DNA from: a virus
Strand: one strand, 5' to 3'
IMG/VR virus record: IMGVR_UViG_3300031722_000011
Coordinates: 39,444-103,443 of that record
DNA length: 64,000 nucleotides
The translations under genes and the position numbers were made by a program. Shown here piece after piece: positions 1 to 10,384 of this stretch. Within the stretch, counting starts at the first letter, position 1; each line of letters opens with the position of its first letter. Below the pieces are notes generated by a model that had not been told where the DNA came from, did no database searches, and saw only the letters and a program-made list of their open reading frames with translations.

Positions 1-2
1 AT

Positions 3-1100
3 GTATTTGATGATTTAGAGTATATTTATCCGTATGGAAACTATAAAGGGAAAATGGTAGGAGTGTTTGATTTATCATATATTGATACATTAACAAATGA
101 ACAGAAGAAAGCCTTATATAATAATTTAACCCCCTTAGTAACAGAAAATATGTATAAAAAATGGAAGAATGAAAACAATGCTGATAAGAAAAAAGAATTA
201 CAGTTAATTGTATTACCTCCAGATAGGTCATTAGTTGCTAGAACTAGAGTATTATCACATAATCAAAGATTAGGATTGCCAATGGGAACTCAAGCAATTT
301 TTGATTTACAACATAAACAAAAGATGAAAGATTTAGAACGTTCTATGGCTGACAAGATTATAAGAGCTATAGCCGTAGTAAAAATGAGAGATAAAGATGA
401 CAATGATGTTAAAGTAAAAGAATCGGTGCAAAGAAAAGTATTTGATAAAATAAAGAAAGCATTAGAGAAAAATACAAGTGGGAAGAATGGATTAACTTGT
501 ATATCAATGCCATCTTTTGCTGACTTTTCATATCCTGAGTTTAAAGGTGCTGATGATATATTAGATTCTGGTAAGTATGACAGTGTAAATAATGATATTA
601 CTACTGGTACAAGCATATCCTCAACATTAGCAAATGGAACAGGGGGCAATTACGCTAGTGCAAATCTAAATCTTGATATGATTTATCAAAAAATAGGTAC
701 AATGTTAGAACAAATTGAAGAAATATATAATCAATTAATTGTTATCATACTAGGACAAAATAAAGGTTCTAATTATTATTTTGAATATGATAAACAAAAG
801 GCACTTACAAAAAAAGAAAAATTAGATATTTATAAAGGTCTATCCGATAAAGGGTTCAGTATTAGACCGATGATTGAATTGATTGGTGGAGATTTTGAAG
901 CATTTATAAATGAAAGTATATATGAAATAGATGATTTAAAATTAAGAGAAAAAATTATCCCACAATTAACATCATTTACGGCTTCAGATACAGATTCAGA
1001 TCAAATAGGAAGACCTACTAATGAAGCTGATACAAATACTAGCACAATCCAAACAAAAGAAACTGATGGAAATTCAAATCCGAAACCTAGCACAACATAA
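3..1100 (+). CDS. Portal protein, C-terminal part (5'-truncated by window edge)
   Basis: Frame is open from nt 3 (VFDDLEYIYPYG...). It lies directly upstream of protease/scaffold and capsid genes and ends in a typical portal tail (QIGRPTNE). SPbeta YonE-like synteny. Confidence 0.7.
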   Translation, partial: VFDDLEYIYPYGNYKGKMVGVFDLSYIDTLTNEQKKALYNNLTPLVTENMYKKWKNENNADKKKELQLIVLPPDRSLVARTRVLSHNQRLGLPMGTQAIFDLQHKQKMKDLERSMADKIIRAIAVVKMRDKDDNDVKVKESVQRKVFDKIKKALEKNTSGKNGLTCISMPSFADFSYPEFKGADDILDSGKYDSVNNDITTGTSISSTLANGTGGNYASANLNLDMIYQKIGTMLEQIEEIYNQLIVIILGQNKGSNYYFEYDKQKALTKKEKLDIYKGLSDKGFSIRPMIELIGGDFEAFINESIYEIDDLKLREKIIPQLTSFTASDTDSDQIGRPTNEADTNTSTIQTKETDGNSNPKPSTT

Positions 1101-1105
1101 AGTAG

Positions 1106-1291
1106 GTGATAAATATGAAGATACTAGTAGTTAAAAAAGAAGGATTGATTACTATTAGTTCTAATGGTAAGAAATTGTTTATTGATGAAAATAGTAAATT
1201 ATACGATAAATTAAAAGAATTATCAAAAGATGATATTAAGATTTGGTATGAAACTAATAGATTTAATAATTTATTAGACTTAAATAATTAA
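1106..1291 (+). CDS. Small hypothetical protein (probable start ATG 1115)
   Basis: ORF track; AGGTGA RBS before ATG 1115. Confidence 0.6.
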   Translation: MINMKILVVKKEGLITISSNGKKLFIDENSKLYDKLKELSKDDIKIWYETNRFNNLLDLNN

Positions 1292-1366
1292 ATATTGAAT
1301 TAATTTAATTATTTATTGTATGTATTTCAATATTTAATAGATTATACATTGAAAGGTGGTGATAAA

Positions 1367-2947
1367 TTGGAAAATAAGTTTGATAAAATTGGACAAGTCA
1401 ATATGTCTTTTAATACTTTAAATACTGTACCAAATGATCCTACAATAATGAAGGGAAAAGTAATAATATTTGATTTTGAAGAAAGTGGAAATCACCAAAT
1501 AATAACTGAAGAAATAGCTATAGAAAATATTCAAACTTTAGTTGGTAAAAGAATTTGTTGCAAATACATAACCAAAAGTGAAAATGATGGTATTGATGCG
1601 TTAGGTTCACATGAAGAACATGAAACTACTGATAGACAAGGTAATGATGTAATTTATTGCGATACTGATGCTATTGGATATATAGAAAATGTATATATAG
1701 ATGATTATACAGATAAAAATGAAATTACTAAAAGGGTTGTTTACGGTGACATTATATTATGGTGTGATGACCATTACGCAGACATAATTGGATTACTTCA
1801 AGAATGGCTTAATAACGGAATTGGTATTAATATGTCAGTTGAATATTTATATTTTAATTATTTAGTTAAGGATAAAATTGAATATATTCAATCCCCAATT
1901 CTATTTACTGCTCATACTTTATTGAATAGTGAGGATAGGGGTTATGCAATTGAAGTATTGCCATCATATGATTGTGCAACATTAACAAGCTTTAATGAAT
2001 TAAAAGACCAATGGAACAAAGCTGTAAATAGTTTAAAGTCTAACAATGAGTTAGATTCTAATAAATTAAACCAAAAGGAGGATATAAAAACAATGGAAAA
2101 TAAATTTTTAAAAGCCCTAAATGAGATTTCATTAGGCGATTTAAGAAGTAAAATTTTAGGACAACTAGGAGATGTAATGACTGCTAATGAATATGAATAT
2201 ATGTGGTTAAGCAATTATTCAATATTCCCAGAAAGTAAATATTTTATATATGAAACTTATGATAAGGAATCTGAAAAATGGGTGAATTATAAAGTTACAT
2301 ATGTATTAGGTGAAGATGATTCACTAACAGTAAACTATGACACTAAGGAAAAGATGGAATATCAATACACATTAGTTTCAGTAAATGAATTACAAGAACT
2401 TGAAACCTCTAAAAATGCAGTATTAGATTTAGAAACAGCTAATGCTAAGATTGAAGAATTGAATGGTGAAATCGTATCTTTAAATGAAAAAGTTGTTGAG
2501 AAATCAAATAACTCAAAAGTAGATACTGATAAATTTAATGAATTAACAAATAAATTAGTTGCCATGAATTCTATGATAACAGAAATGCAACCAATTGTAG
2601 ATCAATATAATAAAGAAGTATTTGAAAAATCATTAAATGAAGCAACAGAATTGTATAAAATTAAATTTACTAGCGTAAATGCTCTAGATATATTTGATGA
2701 AGATTCTACACAAGAATTAATTAAAGAATCTATTAATTCAGTAAAAGAAAAAGCTGATAAAGCCAAGTATAGTTTAAATGCTTTAATTGTTGAGAGTATT
2801 AAACCAATTGAAAAAGAGATTGATACAGATGATATTATGTTAAATGTACCTAAAATAAGTATTAATCAAATTGTTAAATTAGAAGATAATGAAGATTTAA
2901 TACCTGCAGATGACAATATCTTATCAAAATATGGACTAAACTACTAA
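1367..2947 (+). CDS. Prohead protease/scaffold protein
   Basis: RBS GAAAGGTGG before TTG 1367. The N-domain has prohead-protease-like His and Ser motifs (LGSHE, NMSVE) and the C-half is acidic coiled coil. It lies between portal and capsid. Confidence 0.7.
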   Translation: MENKFDKIGQVNMSFNTLNTVPNDPTIMKGKVIIFDFEESGNHQIITEEIAIENIQTLVGKRICCKYITKSENDGIDALGSHEEHETTDRQGNDVIYCDTDAIGYIENVYIDDYTDKNEITKRVVYGDIILWCDDHYADIIGLLQEWLNNGIGINMSVEYLYFNYLVKDKIEYIQSPILFTAHTLLNSEDRGYAIEVLPSYDCATLTSFNELKDQWNKAVNSLKSNNELDSNKLNQKEDIKTMENKFLKALNEISLGDLRSKILGQLGDVMTANEYEYMWLSNYSIFPESKYFIYETYDKESEKWVNYKVTYVLGEDDSLTVNYDTKEKMEYQYTLVSVNELQELETSKNAVLDLETANAKIEELNGEIVSLNEKVVEKSNNSKVDTDKFNELTNKLVAMNSMITEMQPIVDQYNKEVFEKSLNEATELYKIKFTSVNALDIFDEDSTQELIKESINSVKEKADKAKYSLNALIVESIKPIEKEIDTDDIMLNVPKISINQIVKLEDNEDLIPADDNILSKYGLNY

Positions 2948-3052
2948 AAATAAAAATTAAATATTTGTTAATTGAAATGATATATATTAATAAATATTAA
3001 ATAAATTAAAAAGCAAAGAACAATAATTTTATAAATAAAGGAGACGATTTTT

Positions 3053-3574
3053 ATGGCTACAATTTTAAGAGACGCATTGTTCCTTCCTGGGAATCATTCT
3101 ATAAGTGAGATAAATACAATTTGGGCTAAACCAGTAGCAAATGGTGCTATTTTAACAGGTTCGAATATGGATAATGGAGGATTAGTAGAATTTGCAGGAA
3201 GAGATGCTAATGGAAATAGACAATGCAAACCATTTGATGGAACAGGAGAATATTTTATATTACAAACTCATGTTGAAGACCAATTACTAATTGATATGGG
3301 TGAAACAGATTATAAAAATTTCTACAATAAAATCGGAGAACCTGTAAGATTAGTTAGAGCAGAAAAAGGAGTAAATCAAGAAGTATCAGGATATACCGTT
3401 AAAGGTGGAGTTACTCTAGCTTTAGATTTACCTGTAATTTGGGATGCTACTAATAAAGTATTCCAAGTAATAGATGTTATAACAACTGAAACACAAATAG
3501 CAACTGTAGTTGGATTGGACACTGACTTTGGTTACAATGCTGGTGTAACAACAATTAGAATCGAATACAAATAA
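3053..3574 (+). CDS. Head decoration / minor capsid protein
   Basis: 173 aa, beta-rich, immediately upstream of the major capsid gene, strong RBS. Confidence 0.55.
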   Translation: MATILRDALFLPGNHSISEINTIWAKPVANGAILTGSNMDNGGLVEFAGRDANGNRQCKPFDGTGEYFILQTHVEDQLLIDMGETDYKNFYNKIGEPVRLVRAEKGVNQEVSGYTVKGGVTLALDLPVIWDATNKVFQVIDVITTETQIATVVGLDTDFGYNAGVTTIRIEYK

Positions 3575-3608
3575 TAAATAAATTATAAAAAGAAAGGATG
3601 ATAATAAA

Positions 3609-4670
3609 ATGGAATTAAATAAAGAATTCTTACAATTAGGTAAAAGAGTATATAACAATAAAACATCAGTAAACGAAGAAGGAGTAAATGAGGATGAAAA
3701 TGTAATAATTGAATTAGTTAATAAAGCTTATAATTCAAATGCTACTATAAACAACATTCAAGCTTATAGAGATCTAAATCAATTAATCGTGACTACTGCT
3801 GAACAATTACAAGTAGTGGATAGACAAAGATATATCGACCTAGTTTCTGATTATAAAAAAGTAGGGACTAATGATATAATGCAATATAATGTAGCAGATA
3901 AAGTAGCCAAGGTTACTACTGCTGTAACAGCAACTGGTACAGGAGTTAATTTTACTAAAGTACCTTCTTTTACAAGCAAAGTTTATGCTACTCCATTTAA
4001 ACACCAATTCGGTATTAAGTATTCTGTTTCAGATATGCTTTCAAATCCAATTAACCAATTTAGAAATGCTGTAAATTTAGTTAATGAAGAAAAGACTAGA
4101 TATATATTATCACAAATATTCGTTGCAGTAAGAGAAGCTTCTGCAAATGCTAAAATTCCTACAAAACAAAAAAGTACAGTGGCAAATATTACTTTTGCTG
4201 GATTCAAAGGAATTGAAAGTTCTCTATTAAGATATGGTAGAAATGTTAAACCTGTTATGATAGCTGATACTGCTTTTATAAGTGCTTTAGCAGATAAACA
4301 AGCTAGTGTATCTGTAACTGGAATGACTAATGTACCTTTATATTTAACAGACGCTATGAAGGAATCATTATTAAGAGATGCTACAATAGAACAAATTTCT
4401 AAAACACTTGCTATTTCTATAGATAATCCTTACACAGATAACATGAATTCAAAAGTAGATTTACCAGTTGATGAAGCAATTTTGATTGCTGGAGGTTCTG
4501 CTAGTCCATTAAAAGTTACAGAATTTGGAGATATGGCTTTACTTTCAGATACTATGCAAGAACATATCGAAAATGAAGAAGTATTTATGAAAATATCTTA
4601 TAAAGTAGATATAACTTTATTATTAAATAGAGCTATTGGTTACATAAAAGATACTTCTGTAGTTCTTTAA
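3609..4670 (+). CDS. Major capsid protein (HK97 fold)
   Basis: 353 aa, synteny, biased codon usage, followed by an intrinsic terminator. Confidence 0.75.
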   Translation: MELNKEFLQLGKRVYNNKTSVNEEGVNEDENVIIELVNKAYNSNATINNIQAYRDLNQLIVTTAEQLQVVDRQRYIDLVSDYKKVGTNDIMQYNVADKVAKVTTAVTATGTGVNFTKVPSFTSKVYATPFKHQFGIKYSVSDMLSNPINQFRNAVNLVNEEKTRYILSQIFVAVREASANAKIPTKQKSTVANITFAGFKGIESSLLRYGRNVKPVMIADTAFISALADKQASVSVTGMTNVPLYLTDAMKESLLRDATIEQISKTLAISIDNPYTDNMNSKVDLPVDEAILIAGGSASPLKVTEFGDMALLSDTMQEHIENEEVFMKISYKVDITLLLNRAIGYIKDTSVVL

Positions 4671-4681
4671 TCAATATAATT

Positions 4682-4712
4682 AGGACTTCTTTAATTAGAA
4701 GTCCTTTATTTT
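4682..4712 (+). terminator. Intrinsic terminator after the capsid gene
   Basis: AGGACTTCT-ttaatt-AGAAGTCCT followed by a T-rich tail. Confidence 0.85.
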
Positions 4713-4742
4713 AATAATTTATAAATTAAGGAGAGAAAAATA

Positions 4743-5285
4743 ATGAGTAAAAATACAGTAACATTAGTAAGAAAACAATCTGATACATTTGAGGTAAATT
4801 ACCCTTTTGCATTACCCGATGGGAAATTAACACATTTTGATTGGACGGGAACTAAAGGTAGTATTATAAGTAGAAGAGATGTTCCAGTAGAAGTATTTCA
4901 ATGGTTAAAAGATAGTACAACTACTTTTACATCAGGACAATTAATGGTTGAAGAACAAGGTAATGAAGATTTAGAAGAAGATGTTAAATATTTAGTAGAA
5001 GATGTTGAAGAAAAACAATTAGAAATAAAAGATGCTATAAAAACTAGAGATGAAATACAAGCAATGTTAACAACAGGAAATCAACTTGTATTAAAAAAAG
5101 CTTTAAATGATTTAGTCAAAGATATTACAGATGAAATACAAGTAAAAGAAGTAAAAGCTTATATATATAGAACTGCAATTGATATCGGTATAGATTCCAA
5201 TGCAAAAAGAAAAGTAGTTTGTGAATGGTATGGATTATCAGATTATGAAAATTGTGGTTATATTTTTGATGAAGAAACTAAATAA
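4743..5285 (+). CDS. Head-associated hypothetical protein
   Basis: ORF with RBS AAGGAG, located after the capsid gene. Confidence 0.6.
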   Translation: MSKNTVTLVRKQSDTFEVNYPFALPDGKLTHFDWTGTKGSIISRRDVPVEVFQWLKDSTTTFTSGQLMVEEQGNEDLEEDVKYLVEDVEEKQLEIKDAIKTRDEIQAMLTTGNQLVLKKALNDLVKDITDEIQVKEVKAYIYRTAIDIGIDSNAKRKVVCEWYGLSDYENCGYIFDEETK

Positions 5286-5505
5286 AATATAGAAAGGTGT
5301 GATATTATAATGACTGTTACAGATTATCAGATTATGAAAATTGTGGTTATATTTTTGATGAAGAAACTAAATAAAATATAGAAAGGTGTGATATTATAAT
5401 GACTGTTACAGATTATCAGATTATGAAAATTGTGGTTATATTTTTGATGAAGAAACTAAATAAAATATAGAAAGGTGTGATATTATAATGACTGTTACAG
5501 ATTAT
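5233..5505 (+). repeat. Exact tandem triplication of an 89-bp unit spanning a gene junction
   Basis: Units start at 5233, 5322 and 5411, with the GATTAT microhomology again at 5500. Confidence 0.95.
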
Positions 5506-5901
5506 GATACTATATGGGAAACCTTTCGAGATATCTCAGGATTAGATGACGAATTACTACCTTCTGATAGCCAAGGAATATATATAGAAATTCATAATGC
5601 AGTAAGAAAATATAATATCAAAACCGATGATCGTGAAGAAAAGTTAACCTATATAGATTCAGCAGAAACTATAAGTAGGTTGTTAGATGATAATAGATTA
5701 GAATTACTTGCATTATTTATTAAACAAAATATATTAGAAAGTAAATTGGAATACTTCGAGCAAATATATCAATATGATTTGAAAGAAGTTAAAAGTAAAT
5801 TCTTCAAAGATCAAGTTTCTACTAGACAATCCACTATTGAAAAAGTAGAAAAAGATATACTAGAAAGACTGAGTTACATGGATACTCATGATTTAAATTA
5901 A
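5488..5901 (+). CDS. Putative head-tail adaptor
   Basis: 137 aa, helical, neck-region synteny. Confidence 0.45.
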   Translation: MTVTDYDTIWETFRDISGLDDELLPSDSQGIYIEIHNAVRKYNIKTDDREEKLTYIDSAETISRLLDDNRLELLALFIKQNILESKLEYFEQIYQYDLKEVKSKFFKDQVSTRQSTIEKVEKDILERLSYMDTHDLN

Positions 5902-7169
5902 TGAAAGATTACAGTAACTATAAAAAACATGTTCAAATTGATATGAAGGATTATAGTGGTAAATTCCATTTCAATGAACAATTAAAACAAGAAGGCACTG
6001 ATATAAAAATAAATGGGAAAAGTACACAATTAATTAATGGAGAAGAAAAGGTAATCAGAGCAATAGTTAGAAACTCAGGCGTAGAAAACAAAGAGGCTAA
6101 TGAGGAACGTTCAATAATGATTGGAAAAGAATATGCTTATAAATATGGTGACTATGTAGAATATTTAGAGGATATTTATTTAACAAATGTTTCAGTAGAT
6201 AAAGATAATCCATTTTTTAATACTGCAAAAATGAAAAGAACTAACCATCTATTCAAATGGATATATAAAGGTGTTGTATACTCTGCTTATGGCATAGGTA
6301 CTAATCAAACTAAATATACGTTAGGAACTAGTAATTTAGTTGTTGGAATCACTGAGAGTGACTCACGTTATTCAATTGACTTCCCAAATAATGTTAATTG
6401 TAAAACAATAAAAGTAGGGCAAAGATTTATATTTAATGATGGAGCATGGAAGGTAACTCAAATAGAATATGTAAGTAGCCAAGACGCTATTCGTTCTATT
6501 CTACTAGGACAAGATAGTATTAATTATGAAATTGATGATACAGAACATGAAATTGCAGGAGCATATGAAAATAAACATACTTATACATATGATATTCCTA
6601 CAAGTTTTGAAGTTGCTAACGGAAGTGAATATACTATAAATTATAGCGTTAAAGATGAATCAGGTAAAGACTTTGATTATAGTTTAGTAAATGTTACAAC
6701 TACTAACAACACATTGGTTCAAGTAACTAATACTAACGGTGTAATATCTATAAAAGGTTTATCTGTTGGAGCAGGTAGTATTAAACTTTCAGTACCTATT
6801 GGTTCAAGTAGCCAAGATTTTGACATCTCATTTGAAGTAAAAGATATTGTAGTAGATAAGATCGAATATAAATATGATTTCAAACAAGGAACTACAATAA
6901 AACAATACGTTACAAATTTAGTCACAATAACTAAATTAAACAAAGGTATTAAAGATGATACATTAAAAATAAATTATAGTTTTGACAATAATACACAGAT
7001 TTTAATTAATGCTAAAAAGATTATTATTACCGATATCAACAATTCAAGTTTCAATATCAAAAATGCTTTAGTTAGTACTAAAACTATTATTTATCTTACT
7101 GTTAATGATATAGGCACAGGAACTAAGATATTAGATAACTTCCCATTGACTTTAATTACTGGTATATAA
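5901..7169 (+). CDS. Putative head-closure protein with C-terminal Ig-like domain
   Basis: Neck synteny. Two beta-barrel-like segments (YGDYVEY, KVGQRFIF..AWKV) and an Ig-like segment (VISIKGLSVGAGSIKLS). Confidence 0.5.
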   Translation: MKDYSNYKKHVQIDMKDYSGKFHFNEQLKQEGTDIKINGKSTQLINGEEKVIRAIVRNSGVENKEANEERSIMIGKEYAYKYGDYVEYLEDIYLTNVSVDKDNPFFNTAKMKRTNHLFKWIYKGVVYSAYGIGTNQTKYTLGTSNLVVGITESDSRYSIDFPNNVNCKTIKVGQRFIFNDGAWKVTQIEYVSSQDAIRSILLGQDSINYEIDDTEHEIAGAYENKHTYTYDIPTSFEVANGSEYTINYSVKDESGKDFDYSLVNVTTTNNTLVQVTNTNGVISIKGLSVGAGSIKLSVPIGSSSQDFDISFEVKDIVVDKIEYKYDFKQGTTIKQYVTNLVTITKLNKGIKDDTLKINYSFDNNTQILINAKKIIITDINNSSFNIKNALVSTKTIIYLTVNDIGTGTKILDNFPLTLITGI

Positions 7170-7206
7170 ACAAAATATAAAACTTATAAATGGAGGTGAT
7201 GGATAA

Positions 7207-7776
7207 ATGAGTTCGTTGGATAGTTTTAAAGTGTTTAAAGATTATATTAAAAGGTTTGTACTTGAAGACCAAGAATTACAAAAACTCATCTACTATCCTT
7301 ATAGTACTTGCTTAGATGAAAATAACTTAGCAAATCCATTTGATATATTTTCAGAAGAAACTGCAACAGATAATGAAAATGGGGTACATGGGGTGCTATT
7401 GTTTAAAAGACAATCTGATATTGTTATGAATGCAGAAATGCCATTGGTTCTAGTGTCGTTTGAGAATGCAAAGAAGAGTAAAGAGTTTTCAAACATTTAT
7501 ATAATTTTCAAAATTATTTGTAAAGGTAATAATATACAGGAATTAGAAAATGGAGATTCTAGAATTTATAGTATTCAAAGAAAAATAAACGATAATTTTG
7601 CTATGGCAAATGTAAATGGATTAGGACAAGTTGAAGAAAACTCATTCAAAGAACTTTCTATAAACTCTAATAATGATGCCATGCTCTTAATGTATAAGGC
7701 ATATTCATTCAATTCAAACATATCAACTAATAAAAACTTTAAGAAAAGAATGTTTGGTGACAATTATGCAAATTGA
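7207..7776 (+). CDS. Putative tail terminator/completion protein
   Basis: 189 aa, upstream of the major tail gene. Confidence 0.45.
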   Translation: MSSLDSFKVFKDYIKRFVLEDQELQKLIYYPYSTCLDENNLANPFDIFSEETATDNENGVHGVLLFKRQSDIVMNAEMPLVLVSFENAKKSKEFSNIYIIFKIICKGNNIQELENGDSRIYSIQRKINDNFAMANVNGLGQVEENSFKELSINSNNDAMLLMYKAYSFNSNISTNKNFKKRMFGDNYAN

Positions 7777-8587
7777 TGATTTAGAATATAGGTTGATTAG
7801 GTCGTTAAATATTCCTTATATGAGAGTCAAAATTAGACAACCTCGTTTAAGTGATATAGATGATGAGAGTGTAGGTTTATTAAGATATTCAAGCTATAAA
7901 TCTTTATTTACTCTTAGAAAAGAGCATTTAAATATGAATGAAGAATTAATTGATATAACTAAAGACAATAGTTTTTTTGAAACTTTATTTATAATAGACG
8001 ATTATTATATGAAGCAGGGTTTGATTGATAGAGTTCCATTTATTGATATGTTAATAATGTCGTTAATCTTCTTTTTAGATGTGAATGTTGATACTGATAA
8101 AATAAGTAAAAACGTTAGAGAGAAATATATTGGTATATTTAATGAACAAGAACAACCGATATTTATATTGAGCAATGATAATTTTGAAGAATTTAGTGAA
8201 TTAATTAGAATTATTTGTTGTTGTAATATGATTGAGGTTGAAAGTGATAAGCCTAAAAATCCCTATAAAAATGAAAGTCTAAGAAGAAAATTTGAAAAAA
8301 TACAAAGACAAAATGCAGAAGTAGAAGCAAAGAAGAGAAAAGAGAATGAAATAACTATTGCTGATATGATTGGCTTAATAGGAATTAATGAAATAACAAA
8401 ATATAAATTAAATCAAGATATGGATAATTTGACTATATGGCAATTAAATTATATTTACAATGGAATGTTTGTTAGAGAAAGTAATGAGTTCACAAAAATG
8501 CAATTTTGTAGTTATAAATTTTCTTTTGAAAAAACACCATCATTTAATTGGATAAAAGAGACAAAAGTTAAATTACCTGAAAAGTAA
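7766..8587 (+). CDS. Conserved phage morphogenesis protein (possible tail chaperone)
   Basis: GGTGA RBS before ATG 7766; NLTIWQL motif reminiscent of tail chaperones. Confidence 0.4.
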   Translation: MQIDDLEYRLIRSLNIPYMRVKIRQPRLSDIDDESVGLLRYSSYKSLFTLRKEHLNMNEELIDITKDNSFFETLFIIDDYYMKQGLIDRVPFIDMLIMSLIFFLDVNVDTDKISKNVREKYIGIFNEQEQPIFILSNDNFEEFSELIRIICCCNMIEVESDKPKNPYKNESLRRKFEKIQRQNAEVEAKKRKENEITIADMIGLIGINEITKYKLNQDMDNLTIWQLNYIYNGMFVRESNEFTKMQFCSYKFSFEKTPSFNWIKETKVKLPEK

Positions 8588-8607
8588 CAAAATAAAGCAA
8601 ATGATTT

Positions 8608-8636
8608 AGTTCTTACAAATGTGTAAGGGCTTTTTT
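8608..8636 (+). terminator. Intrinsic terminator
   Basis: AGTTCTTACA-aatg-TGTAAGGGCT followed by TTTTT. Confidence 0.7.
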
Positions 8637-8680
8637 ATTATATACAAAATTAAACAAAAATAAAAAGGAGGAATTTTATT

Positions 8681-9784
8681 ATGATAGCAAATTCAAATTT
8701 ACTTGGTAGAATGGCAATTATAGGTGGTGCAGACGCATACATATATAGTGCTAAAACAAAAGCATTAGAAACAATTTTTGAAAATTGCAATAATTTAGAA
8801 TTAACAGCAAAGGGGGATAAAGTAGACATCAAAGAAAAAGGTGCTATAGTTATGTCTGTAGCAAAACCAATGTCTTGTACATTAAAATTCACAGCAGAAA
8901 CAACTTCTTTTGATAAGGTTGCTATGGCATTAGGTAGTGCTGGATTTACAAAAACTACAACACTTGATACTTATCAAAAAAATGAAATGTTTAGAGTTAC
9001 AGATACTGCTTCAATGGTGTTTAATTTAAAAGGAGTTGCAGAAACTCTAGATAATGTGGTTAATGTACATTTAGTTACTGAAGATGGAGAAAAAGCAAAA
9101 GTATTAGCATTTACATTAGATACTACAAAGAGAATAGTTACAGTAACAGCAGACTCAGATATTGCAGTAGGAGACTACATACGAATCAATTACAATTCTG
9201 TTGTTGCAAGTGGTAAAATGTATCAATTTAAAGTACCAAGTAAAAGTAACACAGACGCAAAGAGAGTTGTTATAGATGCAATTGGATTAAGAAAATTAGA
9301 CAAATCTCAAATATTAATGCAATTTGAATTCTATAAAGTTGCAGTTGAAGAAGGTATTACATTGTCATTTGATGGAGAAAAAGCTACATCATTTGATATA
9401 AGTATGACTGTTTTAGCTGATAATACAAAATTAACAGATATAGAAGGAAGTCAATTCTTTAGACAAATGGTATTAACAGATGATGCTAATGCTATTTCTA
9501 ATTTAGCAGGAACTTCATCTGTTGCAGGTAAAGTAGCATTAACATTTAATGCACCAACAGGGGCAACATCTGTTGATTTACAATATAAACTTTCAAGTGG
9601 TTCAACTTGGGCTTCAGTAGCTACTAGTGGAACAACTGGAGTTTATATAAGTGGAGCTTTAACTAGTGTATCAACAGGAACTACAGTTAATGGATTAACA
9701 ACAACAAGTCCATATGACTTTAAAGTAATTGTTACTGATGGTTCTTATGAAGGAACTTCAAATATCATAACAGTTACGCCCTAA
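8681..9784 (+). CDS. Major tail protein with C-terminal fibronectin type III domain
   Basis: Strong RBS AAAGGAGG and tail-tube-like N-domain. FN3 motif (VALTFNAP...LQYK...TVNGLT...YDFKV). Ends in CCC-TAA. Confidence 0.75.
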   Translation: MIANSNLLGRMAIIGGADAYIYSAKTKALETIFENCNNLELTAKGDKVDIKEKGAIVMSVAKPMSCTLKFTAETTSFDKVAMALGSAGFTKTTTLDTYQKNEMFRVTDTASMVFNLKGVAETLDNVVNVHLVTEDGEKAKVLAFTLDTTKRIVTVTADSDIAVGDYIRINYNSVVASGKMYQFKVPSKSNTDAKRVVIDAIGLRKLDKSQILMQFEFYKVAVEEGITLSFDGEKATSFDISMTVLADNTKLTDIEGSQFFRQMVLTDDANAISNLAGTSSVAGKVALTFNAPTGATSVDLQYKLSSGSTWASVATSGTTGVYISGALTSVSTGTTVNGLTTTSPYDFKVIVTDGSYEGTSNIITVTP

Positions 9785-9931
9785 TGGAGCTAGTTCTTCA
9801 CGAATTGGGACTGGCGAAATAGGTTTTGCAATCGTAGGATAAAATATAATATTAAGAATGGACATCTATACGGTGTCCATCTATTAGTATTATAGAGAAT
9901 TAATAAATTAAACCTAAAGGAGAATAAAACA

Positions 9932-10384
9932 ATGGCAGATTTTGATAGTATAGAGTCATTTATACGAGAAGCTAAAAAACAAATAGAAAATACAATGAAA
10001 AAGGAGATGTTACCTGCATTAAAAGAAAAGGCACAGGAGATAGTAATAACAAAAATTTACTCTGCTTATACACCTAAAATTTATGAAAGAACAAACGAAT
10101 TAATTGAAGCATTTGAAATAGAATGCAAATGGGAAGGAGATACTTGTTGGGGTATATTAAAAGTAAAAGAAGACTTACATAGTGATAACCCAACATGGAA
10201 AGGTCAAATATATCCACTAGATGAAATCATAAATTATTACTTTGCTGAAGGACATGGATGGGGTGAAGGAACTAATAGACCAGCAGTTGATACTTTAGCA
10301 TTGACCAATGAAGAAATGATTGAAACGGGAGAAGCATTAAGAATAATATATGATGAGTTAAAGAAACATTTCGATATTATATGA
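9932..10384 (+). CDS. Putative tail component (HK97 gp10-like)
   Basis: YERT motif, GHGW...RP segment, size and position. Confidence 0.45.
   Translation: MADFDSIESFIREAKKQIENTMKKEMLPALKEKAQEIVITKIYSAYTPKIYERTNELIEAFEIECKWEGDTCWGILKVKEDLHSDNPTWKGQIYPLDEIINYYFAEGHGWGEGTNRPAVDTLALTNEEMIETGEALRIIYDELKKHFDII

Noticed and set aside
5233-5505. CRISPR-like array
   Set aside because: The units are fully identical with no spacers, and no cas genes are present.
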